This document shows, one piece after another, positions 24,788 to 36,261 of a stretch of DNA of 64,000 nt; the stretch's first letter is position 1, and the number at the start of each line of letters is the position of its first letter. Location of the stretch: NCBI GenBank assembly GCA_030324005.1, contig JARDVH010000025.1, forward strand, positions 91,994,641 to 92,058,640, given 5' to 3'. Origin of the DNA: Negaprion brevirostris (lineage: Eukaryota). The notes beneath the pieces were generated by a model. It was not told the origin of the DNA, searched no databases, and saw only the letters and a program-made list of their open reading frames with translations. Both the position numbers and the translations under genes were made by a program.

Positions 24788-25630
24788 GCATAGATACATA
24801 GAAACTGGAAGCAGGTGTAGGCCATTCAGCCCTTCAAGCCTGCTCTGCCATTCATTTTGATCATGGCTGATGATCAAATTTAAAATCCTGATCTCCCCTT
24901 CTCCCCTGATCCTTTTAGCCCCAGGAGCAAACTCTAATTTATTCTTGAAGTCAGACAATGTTTTGGTCTCAAGTACATTCTGGGTAGTGAATTCCACACA
25001 TTCNNNNNNNNNNNNNNNNNNNNNNNNNNNNNNNNNNNNNNNNNNNNNNNNNNNNNNNNNNNNNNNNNNNNNNNNNNNNNNNNNNNNNNNNNNNNNNNNN
25101 NNNCTCAGCCCTAAAAGGTTTACCCTTTATCTTCTTAACTATGACCCTTGGTTCTGGACGCCCCACCATTCTTTCTGAATCTACTCTGTTTAACCCTGTT
25201 TTAAATTTATAGGTTTCTATGAGATCCCCGATCACTCTTCTAAACTCCAGTGAATATAATCCTAACCAAGCTAATCTCTCTTCATATGACAGACCTGCCA
25301 TCCCAGGAATCAGCCTGGTAAACCTTCGCTGTGCTCCAAAGAGCAAGGACATCCTTCTTCAGAAAAGGCCACCAAAACTGCACACAACAGTCTAGGTGTG
25401 GCCTCACCAGCACCCTCTACAATTGCAGCAAAACATCCCTATCCCAATACTCAAATCTTCTCACTATGAAGGCCAACATACCATTTGCTTTCTTTACTGC
25501 CTGCCGTACCTGGACACTGATGCACGAAGACACCAAGGTCTCGCTGAATATCCATCTCTCAATTTACATACATTCAAGTAATAATCTGTCTTCCTATTAT
25601 TACTACCGAAGTGGCTAACCTCACATTTAT
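24788..25630 (-). mobile_element. CR1 LINE ORF2 C-terminus and 3' tail
   Basis: QRRFTRLIPGMAGLSYEERLAWLGLYSLEFRRVIGDLIETYK. Tail gaatggcctacacctgcttccagtttctatg. Confidence 0.92.
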
Positions 25631-25739
25631 AAGACCCAAATCAAGGGAGTGGGTCAAAGCAGTCAGCGAACGTCCCACCCTCTGCTACCTTCTCCAAAAG
25701 AAACTTGATCCCCTCATCTTTTGTTACATTTCAGCTTCT

Positions 25740-26020
25740 TTCTTAAAGACCTGACCTAGAAATCCATCAGTGCCCAGTCCATAAAATTATCCTCAATGTT
25801 TTAAAATCCTTCCATACCTCTTATATCTCTGTAACCTCCTTCAGTTGTACAACCAGCCACAACATATCTGCGTTCCTACAATTGTGATCATTTGCATATG
25901 CCTAATGTTAATCGCTCCACCACTGGCGGCCGTGCTTTCATCTGTGTAGGTTCTGAAATTCACTCTTTAAACCTCCCTCTCTCTTTATCACTCTTTTCTC
26001 CTTTAAGACACTCCTTGATA
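25740..26020 (+). mobile_element. L2 LINE 3' region
   Basis: tttaaaatcct..tatctctgtaacctccttcag..cgctccaccactggcggccgtgctttc..cctttaagacactcct resembles an L2 ORF2 end. Confidence 0.6.
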
Positions 26021-26126
26021 CTTACCTTAGTAAAATATCCCAAAGGGCTTAACAGGAGTGCTACCAAATAACATCTGGCACAAAATCACATCGGGAGATA
26101 TTCACCAAAAACCTTACCCTCATCAG

Positions 26127-26238
26127 TGGCTGGGATTCTCTGTTGCTGCTGCAGTAAATGGTGTTCTGGCTGAGTGGCAAGTTCTCCATTCTTGCTTGCA
26201 ATGGGGCAGCCATGGGCAGAATCAGAGAATCCCGTCCA
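26127..26238. mobile_element. Harbinger-type MITE
   Basis: 16-bp TIR tggctgggattctctg / cagagaatcccgtcca, 14 of 16 matching. Confidence 0.8.
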
Positions 26239-26949
26239 TGATATCAAATTTTGTTTGATAATACTCCTGAGAAGCACCGCAGATGTTTTACAGAGTCGAA
26301 GATGTTACATAAATGCAAGTTGTTGTTGTTTTGCAAGCCTAAAATAGAGGCCTAAGCAGCCATATTAGCAAAGGCTAAATAGGCATCCAGAACTTGTGCC
26401 TGAAAACACCTGGAACAGCTACATTTGGAACAATCAAGTGTATGTCTGACCTAAGCAATCACCATTCAGAGGCCAAAATCAAACAGCCCAGTTTTAACGA
26501 CGGGGAATAAAATTAAAATATTGATCCGAATGTGAAGCTGCGAGGAGCAGAAGATTCTTGTGAACAATTAGCAGGTCTGGCAGTTTACTGGTCCATCTGC
26601 CCTTTTACTACGAGGCCAATAAGAGTTAAAATCAGCCCATCCTTCCTGAAGGTTTAGCTTTCCATGATAACTAAAATTAACTGATTTTCAATCAAAAGCC
26701 TTTTGCTAATCCAAACCATGATTCATACTGTACAAATGGCATATTCACAGAGTATATTGTAAGATGGTGAGAAGTGACAGGACGAAGTGAAAAGTTTAAA
26801 TCTTAAGATTGTGGGGGAGAGATGTGGTTACAGAGAGCTGCTTTTAGTGGTGCTATTCATATTTAACCTAGAATCCCCAAGGCAAGGCCATGTTAAGGGC
26901 TGCTACTTGTGTGGCCAATGTGGCTGTCTTCATTGATATAACCACAGTC

Positions 26950-27248
26950 AACACTGTGGTACAGTGGTTAGCACTGCTGTCTCACAGTGCCAGGGACCTG
27001 GGTTCAATTCTGGTCTCGGGTGACTATGTGGAGTTTACATCTTCTCCCTGTGTCTGCGTCAGTTTTCTTCAGGTGCTCTGGTTTCCTCCAACAGTGCAAA
27101 GATGTGTGGGTTAGGTGGATTGGTCATGGTAAATTGCCCCTCAGTGTCAGGGGGATTAGCAGGGTGGAATACCTGGGTGGGATTGTCGTCGGTGCAGGCT
27201 CAATGGGTCGAATAGCCTCCTCTCCACAGTGGGGATTCTAGGATTCTA
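26950..27248 (+). mobile_element. HE1/V-SINE
   Basis: gtggtacagtggttagcactgctg A-box, gggttcaattc B-box, V-domain, and ggattcta tail repeats. Confidence 0.85.
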
Positions 27249-27543
27249 ACTGAAGAATGATACATTTTGTGTACAGGTCGAGGCAAGTGGCATGGTCTGC
27301 CTGCCCTCTGGGAATTAACATGATCTGCACAACATATACAAACTAATCTCTCCATTAGAAATATGCATTATAAAATTAATCAGTCATTTTGATATGTGCA
27401 GAATAAAAACTCTCAGTTGTAGTGGTAAAAATTGGTTGTGTACTGTTTATAATGCTACAGTCATCATTTTGTAACCATACCAAATATTCCATCCTATAAC
27501 ACAGGGACAAAAGATTCCAGCATCTTTTGACATTCCAATTCAA

Positions 27544-27683
27544 AGGGCAGGATTCTCCGACTGGGTGAGCCCTAGGATCGAAAATTCCCGCCCAAGCTCA
27601 ATGGATCTTTGAATGGTCTGCTGGATTTTTGGTCTCACCTGCTATGAGTCCCTCGACAGCTGAGACAGGAATATTTCGGCCCT
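27544..27683. mobile_element. Harbinger-type MITE
   Basis: Termini agggcaggattctcc and ggaatatttcggccct. Interior cccgcccaagctcaatgga is shared with the MITEs at 9035, 38950 and 45105. Confidence 0.7.
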
Positions 27684-27813
27684 TGTCTCATTCAAAGTGG
27701 GGGGTACGAGATTGGAGAATTCAACCCCAGTGAGTAACAAATAACAAACCTGCCAAATTGTATACTTTTATTCTCATAAAGTTATGACAGGTTACACAAC
27801 ATCGCTGCAATAC

Positions 27814-27858
27814 CTGAGGTTTTGCTCCTTGGGGTTTAGCAGAATCTGCCATCTTCAA
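27814..27858 (-). CDS. Exon of an uncharacterised acidic protein (LKMADSAKPQGAKPQ)
   Basis: Acceptor ttgtttgaacag, donor cag|gtattg. 45 nt, phase 0-0, after a 110-nt intron. Confidence 0.8.
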
Positions 27859-27968
27859 CTGTTCAAACAATATAAAACAAACCTAACTGTACATTCTTAA
27901 TGCACACTCCACCACAACAATTAGCCATTGCATATTACAGCTCATGACAGTTTCTTTTTATTGCTAAC

Positions 27969-28439
27969 CTTTTCTAACTCTGAGACTTCATCAACGTGCT
28001 CTTGTTTCTCTGCCAGCTCCTGCCATGTTGCTGATTCACGAGACATTGAATCTTTCTGAGCAGATTGTAAGCTTTTTTGTTCTGAAGTCACACCTGCGAC
28101 GTTGCCATCATGAGCTGGGCTTGAATCTTCTTTCTCTGGATCCTCCTGTTCGCTGCGAAGCCCCCCATCTGTTGCTGAGGGCAGTGCATTGGAATTTCCA
28201 AGTATTAGAGTATTTCGATCAACATTATTGGGCAGGCTATCCTCTTTAGATTTACTATATTCTTGTACATTCTCAACTAGTCCATCCTCGTCTCCTGTCC
28301 ATCCATTTGGGTCGTTCCACTGCTCTCTTCTATTCTCATAATCGTCCACTTCATAATGGAGATCTTCCTTGTGGTTAGTTGTAGGTGTAATATCATCATA
28401 AGATGGTATTTCTTCCTCATAAACAATTTCAGCAGGGAC
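27969..28439 (-). CDS. Large acidic exon of an uncharacterised protein (VPAEIVYEEEIPSYDD...DEVSELEK)
   Basis: 471-nt open frame rich in D/E/S. Acceptor gtctcttacag, donor aag|gttagc, phase 0-0. Confidence 0.88.
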
Positions 28440-28899
28440 CTGTAAGAGACAACACATTGGTTTTTGCTGGGCTACAAATTGCATTTCCACCATCCTAGTA
28501 TCCAAGTGGAGATCCTTACAAGCATTCTAGTTAATTAAGTGTTCAATAACCTTCCGCTTGGACATATGAGACTAACAGGCTGCAACTGTGCAGGAAAGAA
28601 CTAGTTTAGGTACTAATGGGCAATCTCTCTCTCTTTCACTCCAATCCTGTACCATACTGTAATCTTCTTCCATTATTAGTCCTATGGTCACTGTTCCACT
28701 AAACTTTACTTCCTTGCACCTCAGCAGGCTTAACTGTGTCATTTTCCTCTTCCTGTGTTCTTACTGCTTGTAAATCACAATCCCTCACTGTCAAATAGGA
28801 ACTGTGCTCACAGCAAGCAGCCAGAGTTAGGGTTGCAGCATTAAAAGGACAACTAACTCCTGACCCTGGTCAATACAACTCTCTGCAGAGAGTGCAGGA

Positions 28900-29623
28900 T
28901 TGCAGAACTGCTCCTGCTGTATTGAAATTCGCGCACCTCATAATGTCTTAGACTCAAAATCGTTAATTAACCCACCGTTCATCCTGCTCGCAGATTCAAA
29001 ATCGGTGTAAAGCCTGACCTGCTCCATGCCACCAATTCCCATTGCCTTATGGTGCTGCAAGGCAGATTAATGAGGGCCAAGTGGCATTTCCATCCCTCTG
29101 GAGCTTTTGGCCAATCGATTGGCTGCAGCTCCATCAATCCCAGCAGTGCCGGGGGGGGCAGCTACAGAAGACCCACCAACCCCTGGAGCTGCTAAGTCCA
29201 GGATCTTGGGATGGGGAGGTTAGGAAGAGGGGCAGCAGAGGTAATGGGAGGGATTGAGTTTAAGAGACAGAGTGGGTAGGAAGGGAGTTCGACCTTAGGG
29301 GTGGCAAGGCTGCCCCATGATCAGCAAATGGCCAGTCCCAAAGACTAATCCTTCCCCCATCCCCTTTCTTCCTGCCCTTTAAACAGATAGGTGAAAAGTG
29401 AAAAATCCAGGCTGCATATTACCACCCACATCAAACATTTCATGTGCTATGTATTATGAGGGTGAACTAGCTTGATAACAAACCTCATTGACCATTGATT
29501 CTTCATTTAAATATGATGGGCAGCCTGCCAATTTCAACATACACCCATCCCCTCTATTGTAAGGTTGGGGATCGACAGGAATATGCCCACCTGCGGGAAA
29601 CAGGGCACATAAAATTCAGCCCT
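28900..29623. mobile_element. Decayed non-autonomous Harbinger-type element
   Basis: Right end cataaaattcagccct matches the family TIR. Left end is uncertain. Confidence 0.4.
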
Positions 29624-30761
29624 ATGATTTCAGGTCTATTGTTAGGACCTTTCTATGGGAACAGAACCTGACCTGTACCTATAGGAGATACAGACCAGAC
29701 AGAAACTAAAGGGGTGGAGAAATATGTTCCCAATCTTCTGGATATAGTGCTGAGTATGATGTTTGCTGAGTGCCCATACACAGGAGTGTCCTAACACAGG
29801 AGTTCCCTGAAAAAGTTAGCATGTTGACATGGCCTACCCTCCTGAGACCCTCCAGGAGCAGGCTAAATATCTGAGGGTTTGCCAGGCATTTCATTATTTT
29901 AAACTGCTCCCCCGAGAATTATAATGGTCAATTGAGACCTGACAGCAGCCAAATCTCCATAAATCCCAATTTCCAAGGCCATTTAGGGGCAACTATGTGC
30001 CTGAAAAGATGGCAGTGGCTCCAGACGTAAGAACTAAATGATGAAGGAACCTAGATACACAAAACGTGCTTTGAGTGCATTGTTCCTGTTTAAGCGCAAA
30101 GAGCCCAAAACAATCAGCCCAGTTAATGTCCTGGAGTACGGCCCTAAGCTGTTCAACTAAATGTTTTGCTTGTGAATCGACCTTTTATTCATCCAACCAG
30201 CTAATCAGTTCACCATGTGCAAGCAATAGGAGTCAAAAAAACCTCTTTAGTCAATGCCACCCAATGTGCATTTTCTTTCAACCCACAAAATATACAGTTT
30301 TGTTTGATATTTTATACATTGTTTAAAATATCTCAGTCGCAAAGTCATATTGCAAAATAATCTTTTAGACCAACAAAATATGGCATAATGAAGTGATTGT
30401 GCTGAAAAATGTGTTTTCGCATGGTGTTTCTCAAATTAATTTAGAGAGGTGCTTACAATTTAAACATTGCTTCATAAGATACAGTGTAATTTTTGAGAGA
30501 CACATAGCTTCCAACAGTTGCCCTATCAATTTGCTGCACATAAAAATTCAATTAAATTTGCTCATGACTCCAGTGTGAATTAATTATTAGACCATGGTAT
30601 ATATTTCACATCAATCACAGTCAATGCTGAGTAATATGATAGAGTGCAGAAAGCCATTTACATTCACTGTTACTAGACTACTTCATCTTTGGAACAGGGC
30701 AGATAAATTATTTTGCAGCAAACTGAAGGGCATTTTGTCCTGGTCTAAAATAAATAAATAA

Positions 30762-31050
30762 GAATGTAAGAAATAGGAGCAAAAATAGGTCATGCACCCC
30801 TTTGAGCCTGCTCTGCCATTCAATATGATCATGCCTGATCTTCTCTCTCAATNNNNNNNNNNCCCAGCCAGGAGAAGCAATCTCTGTATCTGTCAAGTCC
30901 CTTCAGAATCGTGTATGTTTCAGTGAGATCACCTCTCATTCTTCTAAACTCCAGTTACAATTGGCTTCATTTAGTCAGCGTCTCATCATAGGCAATCCTC
31001 TCAGCCCCATCAGCAACCGATCTAGTGAACCTTTGTTATACTACATCCTT
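30762..31050 (-). mobile_element. CR1 3' fragment
   Basis: taagaaataggagc..cctgctctgccattcaatatgatcatg..gagatcacctctcattcttctaaactcc. Same family as 24788-25630. Confidence 0.8.
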
Positions 31051-32044
31051 CCTTAAAAAGTCATGAATCAAATGGACAATTAATGATTTGGAGAGCTTTT
31101 CCGATGTATTTCAGACACTTATGTTGCCTGAAAACTATGGAAATATGTGTCAGATCTATTTCTACATTTCATGGAAGAGATGAATATTTGCCCACCAGGC
31201 ACCTGCGCAGAAACTGAGGATGTTCTTGAACATTGTTCTATCAGTTTGGGTTGTTTTACAACAACAGGATGTGACTTACATATACTGCTGAAGTAACAGA
31301 GGTGTCTATCTTGCTATACATTGGCTGATAATTTGGGAAATATACACTTTGCTACACACACTAATAGATCCCAAATTTACATTGACTTCAAGCGTCATTG
31401 ATTAAGTTGAGCCAAATTAGTACCTTGAATCACTTCCAGAAAAATGCGGGAACTTGAAATAGCAGTTAGATCACACTTGGAGAGAAGTGAGAGGAAGCTC
31501 AGATGTCATACTGAATCATCTACTGTGGTATTAGTCAGTAAAATATTTTACAAAAATGAATCAACTAGAAATAAACACAAAACTACCACCAGGATGTGCC
31601 ATAAAATACAATAAAATATGAATGTCAGTGCCCACTAAAGACACAGATCATAATCTGCTTATGGAAGTGATATCAAAATTCACTGTAACATATTCTTCAT
31701 CCACATTACCACAACTGTAAGCTACATTTGTGTACATTTTTGGAAAAATGAAAACTCACACATTCGTGTAACAAAAATTCATTCAGAATATAAGATTTGA
31801 TTAATTGCTTAACTGATAATATGTGAATTCTGAAGAAATGTCAGGATTATATAACTATAATTATACTTAACTATACTTAACCTAACTATACGTAACCATA
31901 TCTGGAGTTGTAGGGAGGGATGAACAAAGGGTGGGCACTAGAATTTCAATTCAAAGAACCTTTTCATAGTCATGACTTGATTTTTTTTAACTCATCCTCA
32001 CAATCTGGATTTGCTGCAGGCCAGCATTTATTTCTTGGTTGTTC

Positions 32045-32640
32045 AAAGGATGTGGGCATTACTGGCAAGTCCAGTATTTATTGCCCATCCCTAATTGCCC
32101 TTGAGAAGGTGGTGGTGAGCCACTTGAAGTCTAAGCAGAGTGCACATGCTTGCAGTTCTGTTAGGGAGGGAGTTTCAAGATATTGGCCCAGCAATAGTGA
32201 AAGGACAGCAATATATTTGAAAGTTGGGATGATGATGATGTGGAGGGTAATTTGCAGGTGATGGTGCTCCCATGCAATTGCTGCCCTTGTCCTTGTAGGC
32301 AGTAGGCCATAGGTTTCAAAGATGCACTGAGGCTTGGAGAATTTTTGCAGTGCATCTTGAAGATGATATATACTGTTGCCACTGCATTGGTGGTGGAGGG
32401 GTTGCTTCTTTTGGGGTAGTGGAAATGGTGCCAATCAAGTGGGCTGCTTTGTCCAGGATGGTGTTGGGCTTCTTAAGTGTTGCTGGAGCTGCATTCATCC
32501 AGGCAAATGGAAAGTGTTCCATCACATTCCTTACTTGTGCTTTGTAGAGGTAGACAGACTCAGAATTCGGGAAATGAGTTACTTGCCACAAGTAATACAG
32601 TCTCTGTCCTGCTGTTGTAGGCATAATATTTATGAGGTTC
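32045..32640 (-). mobile_element. CR1-clade LINE 3' region
   Basis: YKAQVRNVMEHFPFAWMNAAPATLKK..ILDKAAHLIGT. Confidence 0.85.
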
Positions 32641-32784
32641 ATCCCTTACTGCCGTTAAGAGGGTGGAGTTGGGCTTTCTGCTGAAACCATTGTAGTCTAT
32701 GTGGTAAAAGACTTCCAGAAGTGTTATTAGGCATAAGTTCCATAATTCCGTTAAGCAGTGATGAAGGAAAGGCAATATATGTCA

Positions 32785-33085
32785 AAGTGGCAGTCATGTA
32801 ATAGTATTGTTGCTGCACTCGTAATCCAGCAACTCTGGGGACCTGCATTTAAATCCCACCACAGCAGATGGTGAAGTAAAAAAAATGAAATTAAGAATTT
32901 ATTAATTATCATTAAAACACAGCTGGTTCACTATTCCCTTTTAGGGGAGGAAATCTGCCATCCTTACTTCCAGATCCACAACAATGAGGCTGACTCTTAA
33001 ATGGCTTCACAGGCAATTAGTTCAAAGGCAATTAGGGATGGGCAATAAATACTGATGCCCAACAACACCCACATCCAATGCATAA
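32785..33085 (+). mobile_element. tRNA-derived SINE, Deu-domain/SacSINE1-like
   Basis: gtaatccag..aaatcccaccacagcag..ctggttcacta..ggaaatctgccatcctta..gggcaataaat. Confidence 0.65.
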
Positions 33086-34016
33086 AAAGAAAATGCCATG
33101 GTACATCCATGGTTCCAGTTGAGCAACTTGAGGGTTGTTGCTTTAGTACCCATCTATGGGGAGTATTCCATCATACTTCTGACTTGTGCCTTGAATGTGG
33201 TGGAAATTAATTGGATAGTCAAGACTGTCCTACAGAGTACTACTACAGAGTACTAGAAGATTTTTCAGTAGTCATGACATTTATGTGTATGATTCAGTTG
33301 AGTTTCTGAGTAAGGGTGACCTCCCAATGTTTTAGGAGGGATAGGGGGTCAAACAATGACTATGCTATTAAAAGTCAATGGAGGTGGTAATCCTTGTTTG
33401 GAAGCAGCAGTCTCCAGTTTTTTTGGATTTATTTACCAATATTAACACACAATTTGTGTGCACTAGCCAAACAAACATACAATTTATTTGCTGACAAATG
33501 GACTTATTCATTTTTTAATTTTGCAGAAGGGGCAATGAGCTTCCAATTTAACAGGACATTGATCTCTACATCTGCCACTCACCACAGAAAGATAGTGAAT
33601 TCTCAGGACTAAACAGAGCAGAGGTTAGTAAATGACCTTTGTTAGGGAAAGCTCAGACCCCATTCAAACATTAGGTTATTCTGATACAGGACCCTTATGT
33701 GACTGTCAGGTATTATGGAAGGAATAACCATCAAGGGAACAAGGATATGGATTCCTCAAACACACTGTTTTGAAAAATAACTTTGGTTAAATGGGTAATC
33801 AAATGTATGAACAAGCTATTAAAGAGGATTTTTAAAAAATTAAAAAATGCTTTGAAATAATTTATTGACAGGCCCAACACCATCTTCTGAGACACAGGAA
33901 ATTGTTATCTTTTTGTGCATCTTCTAACCTTCATATGCTGCATCTACAAAGTATGAAAAAAGACTTCTGTACATATCAAAGAATGGCAAAAGCTACAGTA
34001 TTGCTTACATTCTAAC

Positions 34017-34120
34017 CTGATCAATAGGTAGATCCACCCTCATATCTGCATCTTCTCTCACCTCAGCAGCACCTTGAGTTTCTTTCCGAGTGTCTTGAGC
34101 TTTAAACACACCATTGTCTT
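34017..34120 (-). CDS. Exon of an uncharacterised acidic protein ((E)DNGVFKAQDTRKETQGAAEVREDADMRVDLPIDQ)
   Basis: Acceptor tttatttgatgtag, donor cag|gttaga. 104 nt, phase 1-0, in frame with both neighbouring exons. Confidence 0.82.
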
Positions 34121-34460
34121 CTACATCAAATAAACATAATGGTCATCTTGTCGTATATGCACTTACATAAACCTTTGCATAATGTAAGTATACTATTTGT
34201 TACATGAAAGACAAAAGTGTCAGAAAAATTAATGTCCCTTTAAATGTAGGCCATCGAAATGTTGATGTTTATCAGATAAATTTTCCAAAGTAAAATCACC
34301 CTTTCAATACCTGCAACAACTCATCACCAAAATGAATCTCACCCCCCATAGTTCTGAGTTCATGTTGACTTCTTTGATAAAATGTTCCAACAAAATTAGA
34401 TTACATAATAATGGGATGAATTCTACTGAAGAAAGTACCAGCCTCTGTATCCTAAGAAAG

Positions 34461-35241
34461 TGTGACGGTACTGTGCCTTTAAGAAATGGAATTTAAGCAT
34501 GTTTCTCTGCAGGATGTTTCCAGCAGGCCCTGGAATTTGTCAGCACCACGTTGTCTGCAGCCAGTGTCTTTTATTGTTACTGAAGCAGTGCAATTGACAA
34601 CACGTTTATTTTTAATCTGGACAAATGCAGTGTTCTGTGGTCTTAATGTATCCCTTGGAATTGCTGAGTGGAGTTTGACTGAGGTTAATTGACAGGTCAT
34701 GTCATGTAGCTAGGGACATCTATGCTTTGCAGAAAAGTCCATGTTTTAGTTTTATTTCTCAATTGCTAGTAGAAACTGGTGGGAGAAAGCAGTGTCTGTC
34801 TCCCCTCTCTACCTCTGGTGGCTTTCTGAAAGTTCCAAGGCTGGGAAGCCTCAGAGATTTGATCCAACATTCAAAGGACCAATTCACATTGGTGTTAAGA
34901 ACTGCAAATTGCTTTAGTGCTAACTAAATCTGAAGAAGGGAGTACATTTATGGGGTTGCTTTACATTGGAACAACATAGATAGCTACATGTTAAGGACTA
35001 TACTGTGTCAAGTTAAGTCTATCAATTAAGTAATTGGTAAAAGTTATGCTCATTCTTTCTATTATATTTTAACTGTGTCATTTTTAAATTAGCTTTGTTT
35101 GATAAAAGCTCCCTAATGGGTCACTTGAATGATACTTGGAGTGAAACACCTTCTGCTTACCCATGCCAAAATCAAATGTAAAACTTAGGGTCCAGGCTAA
35201 CTTCACAAACCACCTTGGAGTGTCTGGCCTGGGTCTTAACA
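34461..35241 (+). mobile_element. Putative solo LTR
   Basis: Begins tgtgac and ends gtcttaaca. An ataaaa signal lies near 35102. TSD is not clean. Confidence 0.4.
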
Positions 35242-35979
35242 GAGATTGAAAAGAATACTATTCAAGTAACCTGTCCCTTGAGTACATTATTACTTGACCG
35301 TAAACAATGCAGACTTGCAGTCCATGTTCCAAAATATGCACCATGTGCTTGGGTAACAGGACAACTGTTGTTTCCAGAAGGATCACAGTTTGTTTGTGTC
35401 AGTAAATATCCAGAAATTTTGGGAAAGAATTTCCAACTGCTGTACCCATGATTATTGGATCATTTCTATTCAGTGAATACAGGAAAATTAGGCAGGGAGG
35501 ATACCATTCCCCTATTAAATCGAATGGATGGAAAATTGGGTAGACTTCATACCGTGCTTGCATTCCTCCCAGCCTTTTCTTGTATTCGCCATGCACAGGC
35601 AATCCAACATTCTCAGATGCAGGAAATAGAAAACTTCCCTCTGTCTTTTGAATCCATGGAAATACAGATATTTTAGTTGCCGATGTAACTATAACCAAAA
35701 CTCTACAAAAATGCAAAATATGTCGATCCTGTATTTCCTCCTCACACTTCTTCTCAGCATAATTTGGCCAAGTACCTTCCCTAATTTGACCTTTGCTTAA
35801 CCCAGCAGCTTCTTTAGATTCAACAGTTTGAAATGTGTTGTTGAGACCAGATCCACCAGATAAGAATCAGTGTTCCAATCCAAACTATTGTGCGCAGTGC
35901 TGTGGAGCCTTAACCATCTGTAGAACAGTTAAGAGGCAGTGGAATTGAGGAGATGAACAGGACTTTTTTTTTTACTCAT

Positions 35980-36260
35980 TCATAGAATCCCTACAGCGCA
36001 GTGGGAGACCAATCAGCCCAACAACAATGCCACCCAAAGCCCTATCCCCATAACCCCACGTATTTATCCTACTAATCTCCTTGACACTAAGGGACAATTT
36101 TAGCATGGCCAATCAACCCAACTGCATACCTTTGGAGTGTGGGAGGAAACCGGAGCACCCAGAGGAAACCTACACAAATACAGTGAGAATGTGCAACCTC
36201 CACACAGTCACNNNNNNNNNNCGGGTCCCTGGCACTATGAAGCAGCAGAATTAACACTGT
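35980..36260 (-). mobile_element. HE1/V-SINE
   Basis: catagaatccctacag tail and gggaggaaaccggagcaccc V-domain. Confidence 0.85.
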
Positions 36261-36261
36261 G

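Noticed and set aside
35215-35930. Semi-open frames on both strands
   Set aside because: No recognisable protein motif, and the candidate acceptor at ~35918 leads to stops in all three frames.
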